NCBI GenBank assembly: GCA_021432655.1
Contig: MU271180.1
Coordinates: 19,445 to 83,444, forward strand
DNA: 64,000 nucleotides
DNA from: Atractiella rhizophila
Lineage: Eukaryota
Reading direction: 5' to 3'
In this document: positions 27,416 through 41,483 of the stretch, one piece after another
How the letters are laid out: every line of letters begins with the position of its first letter
How positions within the stretch are numbered: the first letter of the stretch is position 1
Program-made: the position numbers and the translations under genes
The notes under the pieces: generated by a model
What the model was told of the DNA's origin: nothing
Database searches by the model: none
The model's input: only the letters and a program-made list of their open reading frames with translations

Positions 27416-29042
27416 ATGAGTCCCACAGAAGGTGCCTTGAAGGAAGTCACCACTTTCCTTGACCAATGGCTTCTCAAATGGGGCAAAAGAGTCAAATTCG
27501 ACGGAACGGAGCCAGACCAAGAGCTGCAAAGAATGTGGTCCATGGTTTGTGAGGTGACTGCTACACTCTCGTACGCCACTCAAAATCGTTCAAAACAGCT
27601 AGTTGATCACAGTTACAATAAGTACATTTCTTGAATCGGAGCCTGAAGAGAGAAGGGAACTCGAACGGTGGCACCATGAACATAGCTCACTTTTGGACTC
27701 ATCATCACCTGATGCATTAGCTCTATGTCTACCTCAAGTGAATTCTGGACAAACTAGCAGCTTGGAGAGACTCCCAGACGAAATTTTGCAGATCATCTTC
27801 CATAAAGCGGTTCCTGAGTGGGACCAGCATTCATTCGAGCTCTTGTGTTTATCGAGGTCGTTGTATCCAGTTGTGCGCGCTCTTTCATTTGGTTAGATGA
27901 TGTTGCTTACCCCTAGAGGTTGAACTTAGGTTCGAAGAGCGTTATACCACACTCCTCCGACTCTGTTCACCGTGCACGACGCCTATTCCTTACTTCGAAA
28001 GCTCCAAACATGCCCTACGACCGCCACGTTTGTTCGACACCTTCGGTATGCTATACCTTCGAAGCCCCTCGATTTGTTGCAGCGTATTTCGATTTTCAAG
28101 CTTTTTTCAAAGTGCCGTTGTTTGAGTACAATGTCAGTATTTAGCAATCTGGCTGACGTGTTCCACAACCTACATTTCTTCGACGGTTACTCGCTCCTGA
28201 AGAGAAGGACCACATTAACGGAGCTTCAGGTTTTTGACCACAACGGACCTCAACTTTCGCAACTCATGGAATGCATGTACGGTTTAAAAACACTCAATAT
28301 TTTTGACTCCCACGGCTTCACTATCCCAACGCCATGGGTATCGCAACCTATCGAGCATTATAACCTTCCGGGTGGTAATCTCGTACCATATTCAGAGAGG
28401 TTGCCGCCGCCGTTCGAGACTCCACAACACGTCTCAACCAAGCCAATGTTCCCCGGTAGTCTTCAACAGTTTGTCATGCTACTTGATAGCTTCAATGGCA
28501 CCGACCCAAGGACTTCATTTATCGTAGAGGCTTTAACCAATACCATCCAGCAACACCAGCCACTGCCTCCGTTGAAACTTTTAGAACTCTTCCTCTTCGA
28601 TCAATCACTCGATACCTTTATTTACCCAATTGTACATGCTTGCAAAGGAACATTGGAAATCCTGCGACTCTCCCTCGCAGAGCCTCGTGTCAGGGGAGTC
28701 TATCGTTGGATGCCGGATCCTTTCCATCTCGACTACAAATTTTACAGGTTACTTGGACAATTATCCTGCTTGCAAGTGCTCGAACTCCATCAGTTCCCTT
28801 TGGACGATTGGGCGTTTCCCTGCACAGGTCCCTTCACTTCAACCATGCGAGAACTAGCCCTCAATTGTTGCTTTGGGACGGGCCAATACCCCGATATTTT
28901 GTACAATACGGCTGAGTCCTTCGCAGGTACTTTGCGCATGCTATACCTCATCGATCCAGATTGGCCAGACGAGTATGACTTATGGAGTGAATTACAGCAG
29001 TTGGCGACGAGATTGAGCCAAGTGGGCATAAAGCTTGTTTGA
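27416..29042 (+). CDS. F-box/LRR-like protein
   Basis: F-box-like LERLPDEILQIIF...LLCLSRSLYPVV followed by a 356-aa Leu-rich exon. Confidence 0.7.
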
Positions 29043-29240
29043 TATTCGGTTTGATATGAAATGACAACGACAGCTATCGCCCCTCCCCTCATTCATTGAT
29101 GAGTGGTTGTGAATACGGCGTATACGGAAAGGTTAAGGTTAGAAATGCTGGAGTGCTGAATATGAGGTTGAGACTAAGGAACGAGTCTGAATTTACATAG
29201 CTGTACGATAGGCCTTATATAAACATGAAATACCAATGAT

Positions 29241-29838
29241 AAGGATTTCATTTATTGTAGAGGCTTTAACCAATACCATCCAGCAACACCAGCCACTGCC
29301 TCCGTTGAAACTTTTAGAACTTTTCCTCTTCGATCAATCACTCGATACCTTTATTTACCCAATTGTACATGCTTGCAAAGGAACATTGGAAATCCTGCGA
29401 CTCTCCCTCGCAGAGCCTCGTGTCAGGGGAGTCTATCGTTGGATGCCGGATCCTTTCCATCTCGACTACAAATTTTACAGGCTACTTGGACAATTATCCT
29501 GCTTGCAAGTACTCGAACTCCATCAGTTCCCTTTGGAGGATAGGGCGTTTCCCTGCACTGGTCCCTTCACTTCAACCATGCGAGAACTAGCCCTCAATTG
29601 TTGCTTTGGGACGGGCCTATACCCCGACATTTTGTACAATACGGCTGAGTCCTTCGCAGGTACTTTGCGCATGCTATACCTCATCGATCCAGATTGGCCA
29701 GACGAATATGAGTTATGGAGTGAATTACAACAGTTGGCGACGAGATTGAGCCAAGTGGGCATAAAGCTTGTTTGATATTCGGTTTGATATGAAATGACAA
29801 CGACAGCTATCGCCCTCCTCTCATTCATTGATGAGTGG
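29241..29838 (+). pseudogene. Duplicate of the 3' half and 3' UTR of the F-box gene (source 28508-29106)
   Basis: Near-identical, offset 733 bp, separated by about 135 bp of unrelated sequence. Confidence 0.9.
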
Positions 29839-29932
29839 ATGTGGTCTTGCTGCGGATACCTTAAATTGAATAAGCTTTGACACATCTTCTTCTATTATAT
29901 TACCTAGTGTTCTTGCTACGACCAGGGCTACA

Positions 29933-31306
<1,374 letters not shown>

Positions 31307-31378
31307 ACAGATTCTATTCTTTCCATACAACAATTCTATACAGCACAATGACTTCTTCATTTCCGTCCAATCGAAAGC

Positions 31379-32490
31379 TCAGGTATTCTGAGCTCCGTTT
31401 TCTCCACCCTCTTTCGATCCAGCAGCCATTTTCCGCTTCTCCTCCTCCTCCTCCTCCTCCTCCACAACCTCGATATCCAGTGGATAATTCAGGATAGCAG
31501 CGACTCCCATAAGTTGGTTCAGCTCTGCAGCTCATAATTTCAGCTAAGAACATGGCGAGGACCAGGACATACGTTCACCAGTCTCATGCATGCTGCTAAA
31601 GACCATGACTTCGCCTCCAAATCCTCGAACGGTCTGCTGGAGTTCGACCCACTCCTTTCTCTCTCTCGGATCCGGGTTCCTATCCAATCCCACATCAATC
31701 GATCAGCCAATCTTTCCCTCTCCTTCTGTTTAGTAAAGCTGATTGGACGAACCGATAAACGTTATCGCTAATGAGGAGCGTCTTCACCGCCCCTCTCTTG
31801 ATCGCCAACTTTACGTGTTCGGTGGTGTACCATGCCCGTAGTGGATCTTTATCTAGGAGCTTGAAGAAGGTTTGGAGGGTTGTAGACTCGCGAGCGAATT
31901 TGGAAGTTGAGAGCTTGGCTGAGATCTCTGGGGTAGAGAGAAGGGATAGGAGGGAGTGGACGTGGTGTGACGGTGAGTGGAGGAGGAGGAACTTGGGCCG
32001 AGATTGTAAGAGGAGTTTGTTGTTTTGTTTCTGCGATGTCATGTAGGATTGGGTTAGGCATGGGTGTAATGTAAAGGTGACGCACCACTGCTTCGTTGAA
32101 GATGTAGGCACTTAATGCGTCCTTGTAGAATCCCGGACTAGCAAGGATGATAACCTTGAGGTCTTCCAACTTAAAATGTCGGGTAATAGCATCGTAAACC
32201 TGTTGGTGAAATCGTTCTGTAGCCTTGTGACTGCTATCAGGCTTGTGTTCGGAACAGTGGGGGAAAGGCTTTACTTTTTCTGTCCCACTCGATCCTGCTC
32301 CCTGCCGTTTACGAGGTATACTAACCTCGATCCGCTGCAGGACGACGGTGGTATGATCCGTGATCAAACACACATTAGCCGTTCCTAATCCCATTAGTTA
32401 GGTCAGATAATTTCCATCGAAAGCACAGAGAGGAAGGTGAGGAGGAAACGAACCATCACCACAAACGACAGCTCCGACCTCGGCGCCTTG
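31379..32490 (-). CDS. DOM34: Dom34/Pelota, middle and C-terminal domains only; N-terminal domain not found
   Basis: GAEVGAVVCGDG, TANVCLITDHTTVVLQRIEVSIPRKR, ILASPGFYKD, RAWY, VKTLLISD, FSSMHETG, GVAAILNYPL. Confidence 0.85.
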
Positions 32491-32888
32491 AAGCTTGAAA
32501 GCCCAATCTCAATTTTCAGCGTCTCACTTCTGCAGAAGCGTGAGTAAGTAAAATCACCACTAGAGAGCTTTAACAGCAATTCTCACCCTCAAGCTGTCAG
32601 CCCGTCAAGAGATCTTGGATAATGTTCCAGAGTTTTAACACGGGAACTGTTTCTGCGCTCGCGTACCAAGACTTGCTCTCTGAGATCGGGGTTTATTCGC
32701 CAGTAGAAGCAACTTGTGAACTCCAGAATAGATTATAAAAGTACAGCGAGACCTCAGTTTCTTTCTTTCAGTGGCAAGGATGGGAGGATATGGTTACATC
32801 ATTAACCTGCATCAACTCCGGCTGTCACAATTTTTCCACCGACACCTTCACCTTCGACGCTTGCTGTGACCCTTTGACAGGCGTAGAC

Positions 32889-34746
32889 ATGCTCCTTCCT
32901 ACCCTTCGCTCAACCTCTGGACTTCTCAAGGCCTCCTCGCCACTTGTGAGTCTTTCGGGCTCTTTGGGCCGTGAATTTTGCTAATCCATGTCTTCTTCAA
33001 GTCGGCACCTCTCAGGACGGCCACCACTCTTGGTCAGTCTGCATTCCATCTCATTCTTACTTGTGAGGTACTCATGCTAATTGGGGTGAAATTGTAGGCT
33101 TGAATGTCCCAAAAGTTGGTGCCCGAGTGCGTTCCTTCCTTTCTTTACTAGAACTTCGTCTCATGCAAGGACTAGGCGCCAACGAAATACGGCGGCGTTT
33201 ACACCGTTACCCTCATCCCTGGTGATGGAGTAGGAAAAGAAATCACGAATTCAGTTAAAGAGATTTTCGAGCACACCAACACGCCAATTGAGTTCGAGGA
33301 ATTCAATATTTCGGGTGACACTAGCGCAGACGAGAGTCTGTTCAAGAAGTCCATGGACTCTTTGAGACGAAACAAAGTGGGATTGAAAGGTATGTACACC
33401 GTCGTCGTAAACTGCCTTTGTGACGTATCGTCTTTGTCCTCGAATTATAGGCATTCTGTACACCCCAGTCGAACGCTCCGGTCACACTTCCTGGAACGTA
33501 GCCATGCGCCAACAACTCGACATCTACGCCTCCGTCTCCCTCTGCAAGTCTGTTCCAGGCTACCCAACCCGCCATGCAGGTGTGGACTTTGCTATTATTA
33601 GGGAGAATACGGAAGGGGAGTACAGCGGTTTGGAGCACTCGGTATGTCACCCTCCCTTCCTTTCTCTCCTTTGCGTCTTTCCCACCGCGGTATTCAGAGA
33701 TCTGATGAAATTGTGATCGCCTGGGGAACAGAGCTACCCTGGTGTTGTCGAGAGCTTGAAGATCATGACGCGCGCCAAAAGCGAACGGATAGCACGTTTC
33801 GCTTTGGACTTCGCACTGAAGAATGACCGCAAAGTGAGTCCTCCGTTCCACCTTCCCTTCCACGCCAATGCCAATGCCTACGCCAAAGATTTTCCCAATC
33901 ATGAAATGAACTGAGCTGATGGAGTGTTGCATTTGGAATGGCGGAGCAGAAAGTAACTTGTGTTCACAAGGCCAACATCATGAAACTCGGAGACGGTCTC
34001 TTCCTCAACACCTGTCGAGAGGTGGCGAAGGAGTACGAAGCTAGCGGAATTGCGTTCAGCGATATGATTGTTGACAACACGTATGCAACCCCCTTTTCTC
34101 TTCAATGTTCATCTCCAGCTCAAAGTGAACGTGACGGGTGAAGGTCCATGCAGCTTGTAGCCAAGCCCCAACAATTCGACGTGATGGTCATGCCCAACCT
34201 GTATGTTTCCCTATTCTCCATCCCGTCCCCCACGTTTTCATTTGCTCAACTGCATTGGACGGAAACGTAAGGTACGGTTCCATCGTCTCCAACATCGGTG
34301 CCGCCCTCGTAGGAGGACCAGGGATCGTTCCTGGAGCTAACATTGGGAGGGAATATGCGCTGTTCGAGCCTGGATGTCGACACGTGGCGAAGGATATCCA
34401 GGGACAAGACGTTGCGAATCCCGCCGCGATGATCTTGAGCGCGACTATGATGTTGAGGCATCTTGGGTATGTCTTTCCTCACCTATCCCTCTTCCTGCTT
34501 TCTGTATCGTTTGGTGGAACTTTGCTAATGAGGTCCTGCTGTATTTTGATTTGGCCCGTAGGCTCGACCACCATGCTAATCAAATCGCCAAGGCGGTTTA
34601 CGACGTTATCAAGGAGGGAAAGATTAGGACGCCCGATATGGGAGGTGAGTTACTTTGTGACGTTTTCGTGGGAAAGATATTGAATGGGTCGCGCAGGTCA
34701 TAATCACACGAGCGACTTCACTTTTGCTGTCATTAAGAACCTCTGA
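32889..34746 (+). CDS. IDH1: NAD-dependent isocitrate dehydrogenase, regulatory subunit 1
   Basis: [77 protein letters not shown]. Confidence 0.96.
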
Positions 34747-34956
34747 GCATTTGTGGAGCGGAAGGAGACAGGAGGAGGAAGGTGGCATTCTCAAAATTCG
34801 AGGAGATAGGATATCTAGACTGATTGTGTTGTTGTTCGCAATACTTATCACTACCATTGTGATGCGATACCAAAAAAAGCAAACCAAAAACAAAATTGAA
34901 TCAGTGAATACGCTCAATGTCTAACAATGAGTCCAGAATAATTGTATAGTAACCCT

Positions 34957-36251
34957 CTACTTCCTAGGCTTGACCACTTTCCTCCTCCTCCCTCCGGCCC
35001 TGCCCGCAACTCCAATAACCTTCTTCTTCTCCCCCTCCCCCTCTTCTCCCTCCACCTCCTCCCCAAGCTTCAAAGCCACGCCCTCCTCCTCCTCCTCACT
35101 AACCCCATCCTCGGTCTCTCCCTCCACCTTTTTCGTGAACAGCTTCCCCACAAGCACTCGAAAGAGCGAGGGTATCCACGTTCGCCTCCACGACGGAGAG
35201 GAGGCACTCGTCTCATCCAATACGATGGAGTCCCCGTCGTCGGTTAGGATCCAGACGGAAGAACCTTCCACCGCCATCCGAAGGTAGTTGGCCGGTGGGG
35301 GACCACGACGACGAGGAGTCGCGTCTGAGTCTTCGTCAGAGTCTTCGAACGAGCGCATGTTGCCTCCCAGGGGAACCTATGTTGTCGACGTAGACGATGG
35401 TCAGACGCCGATGGGAGGGGCTTTTTGGGCTTAGATAAGGAGGAGATGGTTACGGACCTTGACTATCTTCCTGCCCTCCTGAGGTTTGAGACGCGGACCC
35501 CACGCGACCATCCTCGCGCTCTGTCTGAACCGGTCGATCCTCTTCAGGTCCTGCATACGGTTCAGGTGGAGGATGAGGTAGTGGATTCCGTTGGTGAGGA
35601 AGGCGAGGAAGAGCAGCACGCTCCCTAGACCCGGTCGGAATCGCGAATAGTAGTATCCCGTTCCTCGCCAGGTTGGTACGCCCGCGTCGTGGAAGTAGTC
35701 GTAGCTGTCATAGAGGTATTTCAGTGTCATGGAACACTCCAGGGCAAGGTGTGTCCAAAGGTGGGGGAAGATAGGAGGGAGGATGAGAGGAAAGAACACG
35801 AACCGTTTCCTTTTTTCGGAATCCTTCAAGATATCCTTAATAACCCCAAGTCTAGCGAATCTCTCCTGAGCTTTCTGGTGCGGCACGTCAGGGTTTTTGT
35901 CGGGATGCAACTGCAGACTCCTTTTCTTGTAAGCTGTGTTAATGTCCTTGAGGGATGCGCCTTTCGTGAGGTTTAGGAAGGTGTAGAAGGTTGTTCCCTT
36001 CCCTTCTGCTGACTCGAGGGCGGAGACAAGGTCGAATATCTCACTGTTTCTCCAAGAGAGTGGTGGTCATGCGTGGAAGTTGGAGAGACATAAGGAACGC
36101 ACTAGTCTTGTTGGTCCCATGCGAGGAGTGGTAGGAAGAGGCTGCACCACATCCATTCATCAGTTATTTCCATTAAGCAGTAGAGGTTGGTTACCATGCG
36201 GGAAGCAGGGAACACGAACGTAAAAGCCAGCAGCACAGAGAGCCACTTCAT
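34957..36251 (-). CDS. ERJ5: ER-membrane J-domain co-chaperone (ERj5-like)
   Basis: Signal peptide, AWDQQD-EIFDLV, HPDKNP, RYDYFHDAGVPTWRGTGYYYSRFRPGLGSV, TM segment. Confidence 0.88.
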
Positions 36252-36429
36252 TATTCCAATCTTCAACAGCTCAGCTAAGCTCAAAAATAATCCACGAAAT
36301 CTGCCACAAAATCCTAAAAGTCAAATCAACGAATGCTTCACGAGTCCAAAAGAATGTTGGTCGAATTTTTATGTTCTGAAGTCACGTGAGACACGAAAGA
36401 AAACCAACCACGAAAGCAGCGAGCAAACG

Positions 36430-37063
36430 ATGGCTTCCCTGTTCCCCCGCTTCCGCCATTTCTCCACGTCCTCCCGCGCCTTTCTCATCTCCCGTCGCCC
36501 CCTTCCCAGTCGTCGGCGCAGACCGTGAAAGGACCCAAACTGTGGCAGATGGGCCAAGCGGTATACACCAGAAGAGGGTGCGAAAATACCTCTGGCGGCC
36601 TTACATTCAGGAGCTGGCTAAGCTGGACAAGGAGGAGGAGGTAGTGAAGAGAATGAAGGAGGAGGGTGCGGATGGGTATCGCTGGTTGAAGGTCACACAG
36701 AAGAGGAGTAGCATAGGACTGCCTCCCAAGACTAAGGCGATTCTTAAGGTGTTGCGGCTCAAAAGGCGGCTGGGGTCGTGCGTCTTCTCTCCCTCATGTA
36801 ACGGAAGCCTTGATTGTGTTTGCACAGATCATACCACCCACCTACTCCGAGTGTCCTTGGACAAATTCTCCATCCTTTCCTCCTCCCCATCCTCCGCGTC
36901 GAGTCCGTCCCATTTTTGAGGTTATAGAGGATATGAGGAATGGGAGGGCTGAAGGGAGAGGCCGAAAAGCTCAAGGAGAGGAGAGGGGCTATGTCGTGCT
37001 GAGACGGTTAAGCAGTAGGGAGATTACTAGTAAGAGCTTGGGTTACGTAGAATGCAAGAGATA
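36430..37063 (+). CDS. MRPL33: Mitochondrial ribosomal protein uL30m (apparent 1-bp frameshift near 36482)
   Basis: Presequence-like MASLFPRFRHFSTSSRA; L30 motif LKVTQKRSSIGLPPKTKAILKVLRLKRR. Confidence 0.8.
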
Positions 37064-38227
37064 GGTGAGGTCAGCTCTTTGCTGTTTCGGTTAATGGGGA
37101 GTCGGAAAAGTAGTTACATATGACTAATGGGAGACTAAGTTGCTGTGTTAAGCAATATAGCCATTCTGAGGGTCGGAGAACTTGACTCTGATGTCAAAGG
37201 TTGTGGCATCCCTGAAAATAAACATGCACTTTCGCTTTCTGTTTTATTGAGTTCAGCTTAGGATGAAGAAGCAACGCTTGTGCGGTTTTTTTTTTTTCGT
37301 GGAAAAGGGTCCCTTCTACAAAGGAGTAGTTCTGCTGATGACATTCCATCTTAATCTTACCTCTGCTGTCATCACTCGATGCTTTGAAGAAGCGACAAAT
37401 GCTGGTATTTATTAACGACCTAAGTGGCCGTTCTTCCAACTTGTTATTTGAGACCGTTCGTTTGCCATGCATATTGTTTCGAATCTACACCTACGCAATA
37501 GGTTGGGAGTGCAGGTACGGAGCACTGTGCATTCCTGGTAATGGTGGTACCGAAAATATCCGCTCTGGAAACAACCGACCAACTAAGGAGAATTCGTCGC
37601 GGCTCATGTGAGGCGAAAATCCACCAGTCAGAATATTGAGATGAGAACTCGCAGAACTGATTTCCGGTTGCGTTTCTACAGTCTACATCGATCCAGTCAG
37701 CTGATGTTCTTCCTTTGTACCTCATCCCCGTCAAGCAAGCATCAGACCAACCGTCCTACGTGGACATTTCTGAGCTTGCCCTTTTAGGTGCTGGAAACCG
37801 CAGTCTGTTAATCACCTTCCTGTGCTGAATGGTACACTCAGCCAGGATACTTCATAACCGATACAGAAACTAAGAGTCCTGGAGTCATTGTTAGATTTGA
37901 AAGGAGTTTGTGCCTGTTGAAGTAGGTTGCAGGTTCAGGGGCAGCATCAGCGGTGTGGGGACCTACTATGATTGAGGTCTCCTGAGTTCCCGCAGTCACT
38001 GCGTGACCGGTTGGTGAACTTTCTGCTGGAGAAACGTTGAGGAAATCAGAAACACCTTGTTCTCCTCAGTCTTATAAGGCAAAGTTTTCTTCACAACCTT
38101 TCGAAGTCTCCTCATACCTCGCTTCAGCAGACGACCTAACAGCAACTCCCCAACACGAAAACTGTTCGTCCCCCCTTTCATCTACCACCTTTCACTCACA
38201 TCTCTGTTCTCAATCAGCAATAACAAG

Positions 38228-38419
38228 ATGGATTCTGTTTCCTGCGACTCTCCGGGATGCAACAAAACCCACCCACACCACCATTGTGGAAAATGCAGAG
38301 AACATTGTCCTGAGCAGGCCCAGTATCACTGTGCCGAGTGCGGCAAGTGTCTGGAGACCGTTTGCAAGAATTGCGGCAAGGGGGTTGGATGCTGCCACGA
38401 GAAGGGGTCTTGCGCTTGA
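38228..38419 (+). CDS. Cys/His-rich metallothionein-like peptide (63 aa)
   Basis: 13 Cys and 7 His in CxxC/CC clusters; AACAAGATGG start context; pyrimidine-rich leader. Confidence 0.6.
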   Translation: MDSVSCDSPGCNKTHPHHHCGKCREHCPEQAQYHCAECGKCLETVCKNCGKGVGCCHEKGSCA

Positions 38420-38544
38420 ATAGTCAGTCTTTCCTATTCGTCGCTTTAGGAGACCGTTTGCAAGAATTGCGGCAAGGGGGTTGGATGCTGCCACGAGAAG
38501 GGGTCTTGCGCTTGAATAGTCAGTCTTTCCTATTCGTCGCTTTA
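38353..38544. repeat. Perfect 96-bp tandem duplication of the 3' end of the Cys-rich ORF
   Basis: 38353-38448 equals 38449-38544. Confidence 0.97.
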
Positions 38545-39827
38545 CAACCTACAAAGCAACGCTTTCAGGTCCAAGAAACGCGATTTCGATACGCAGGAAT
38601 CGACAGATTTGTTGTTGACTGCGTTCTGACACGAATGATGTACGGAATCGCATGATGACTGAATGTTTTGGTAACCAATATGTAGGGACTGTTGATTGAC
38701 TATCATTATGCTTTGAATTATGCCAGCCGTATCCTAGATAATGGCTATCATCAGGAACCTCCTTCTTTGAATCAGCAGAATGATGCTTTCTCGTGAGCGC
38801 TTGGATGAAGAAGTTAAGTCAGGTGCCACAAACTTGGGTCCATTGGTTTTTATTTTTCCGCAGTAAGATAGATCGCCCCAGCAAACTCAATCTGATTTCA
38901 ACGATGCAAAAAGCTCTTTAAGCGAGGGTTTACAAAACTGGTACAAGTACGAAAGAAAAAGAAACTGGAAGTGGAAGCATCCCAATTCTAGCCACTTTCA
39001 TGCGGCCACTTGCATTGCGCAAGACACGTGCAGCGGCTGCAATATCCAAGAATGCCTTTACTTTTCAAAGGATTGATGAATAATTATTACTATTATGTAT
39101 TGCTTGACATAGGGCTAATATCAAAAGACGAGCAGAGATATAAAGAAAACATTGGAATGGCATGGCGACAGCATGCCTTGAATGAATAATGAACGATAAA
39201 GCACCATATTTGATGCTGCTGAATCAAAATGAAGGGCTTAGCATGGTCCGAATCATAGACACCTTCAGTGACATCCCCATCATCAACACCAAGGATTCCG
39301 AGCTCCCGCTACAACAAAGTTACACCGTCAGTGCAGAAAGGAAGAGGAAGATAGAACGGACTTTCTTGCGATAATCCAGCTGTTGTAGACGAGGGTGGAA
39401 CTTTGTGTCAGTTGCCTTGTGTCCCTCTGTTGCAAATCCCACACGGAATCCGCCTTCGTGTCTTCTTCAGAGCTGGAGCAGCAGGAGGGGGAGGCGGGAC
39501 AGGGATGGCAGGTGGTCCCGTAGCAACCCTTCCTTCATTTGCATAATTGAGCACATTTCTCTAAATTGTCCAGGTGCTGTTGGAGGTCTGCATTTGTCCT
39601 TGTGCCGAGACTGCTCAATTTTTCCATTGGGTGGCACATCGCAAAGCATTTCTGCTAGCACGGTGGTTGTCATTACGGCGGCGAAGCTGGGATTGCTCCA
39701 TTCGAGGTTGTGTTGGGATACCGAAGGTGTCGTGAACGGGTATGAAGATGATTCTTATCGAATGCCTTGCAATGCCGGCTATGCCATGCTACGAGGGTCG
39801 CAATCGGCGTTTTAAGGTTCGGATCGT

Positions 39828-40572
39828 AAGATATAGGGTTGGAAACTAGAACAAGCGATCGTTTAAACCTAGAGCAGAGAACCTTCCACTTCTATAATAC
39901 TTGTACCAGTTTCCTATATACTCCTTTAAGCAAAGCGCTCTGTGATCTGGTTTATCTGGGTTGGCAGCCGCGGCCGTCATCTGTTCTCACCCTCTTTGTT
40001 TCCGCTCGCTGGACACAGTCACGGTGTGTGGACGGAGTTGTGAAATCGCAAAGGTACCGTCTTTGCTTTGACATCTGATTGATTGTGTTCCATTGTGCAA
40101 GGAGTTATACAACGTGCATTACGCATCCCTAATCCATTACTCCTAGTTGTTATTAGACCATTTTGACATTGTCTCTTCAAATTCAATAATATCCCCTCCA
40201 TATTGATATCACATGCCTTGATAGAAGTCCATTGATACTTTTCTTCATTACTGTGATGTCGCATCATATAACTGGAGCCCTAACCCGTTCTTTTAACGGC
40301 AAAATAGGACTAGGCAACGACACATCACGCGTTGAACGACAATTCCACAACATGACCGTTCCCTATCCAGTGCGGGAGCGGGTTCAAGCTTCACTTCAAT
40401 CGCGTTCGTCCCGCGGAATGCTTCGAGAGCTCAAAGATGGCTCGACATCGCTCGTCGACTTCTCCTCAAACGACTAAAGATATATGGTTGGAAACTGGAA
40501 CAAGCGATCGTTTAAACCTAGAGCAGAGAACCTTCCACTTCTATAATACTTGTACCAGTTTCCTATATACTC
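39828..40572. repeat. Two ~96-bp direct repeats (39828-39923, 40477-40572) each with an internal inverted repeat
   Basis: GGAAACT(A/G)GAACAAG ... CTTGTACCAGTTTCC; two substitutions seen between copies. Confidence 0.9.
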
Positions 40573-41429
40573 TCCTTGAGGGACGCCAAAGTCTTTGTTT
40601 CGCACGGATGAACATGTAAATAGAAATGCATCGCATGTGTGACGACGAATATTTTCACAAGCCGCGCCTGCGGCGCTTGAACGATTCAGAAAACGTTTCG
40701 TCATGATGCCAGGTTATAACATAACTCAACTCTATACAAATACAACCTCAGACCTAAAGCGACAAATATCAGGGTATGGTTACGTTGCGTTGAATTCTCT
40801 ATACCGCTCGTGTGGCTTCGCTACTTCGTCGCTGCCGCTGTGGCTTCGGGAAGAGCAGTCGCCACAAGCAGGATAACAGTCACGTAAGACGGAGTTGTCT
40901 TGGAGAATCAGTTAGGGATGTCCGCTTCGTGCCTTCATTCAAACCGTCGAAGCGGACGACATGAGCGCGAGGCAGCGGACTGGACACTCCCGTCTCATCC
41001 ATCATTCCCAAGATAAAGCCGTGACGTCTGCGCTTCATACAGCAAGGAGAGCCTGCGTTCAATTCGGTGAATTCAAATCCCGTCTTCCAGTTCGGCAACT
41101 TGCCAAATTTGATAGTTGTGAGCGAAAAATATCCAAATTTAGCTTCGTGGAGGAGGAGAGTGATGAATGAATAGTATTGCGCAAGTTATGCATCCATCCT
41201 ATGCCCTTCCTGCCTCCAACCACGACAGAAGCTTCGTGTTCCAGGCTGAAGAGGTTCTGAAAGGAGTCGGCAGCTCTGCCTCATCTCCTCATGAAATTCC
41301 TTTCAGTCCTCGTGATCTCTGAACAGAACTCTCCAAAACGGAGGGAACAGAATGAGAACGGTTAGTAAATCTTGACTAGAGGACTTTTTCAATGGACTTG
41401 CAAAGGAGATCAAAGAGACGCGTGCAACA

Positions 41430-41483
41430 TCCAAGTTACGTCTGATGGATCCAACTTCCAAGTTACGTCTGATGGATCCAACT
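41430..41483. repeat. 27-bp tandem repeat x2
   Basis: TCCAAGTTACGTCTGATGGATCCAACT twice. Confidence 0.95.

Noticed and set aside
37444..37900. Possible small Cys/Trp-containing protein on the minus strand
   Set aside because: Protein-like C-terminus but no start or exon chain could be established.
39300..39700. Minus-strand KKTRRRIPCGIC fragment
   Set aside because: Interrupted by stops; possibly a decayed TE remnant but too little evidence to name.
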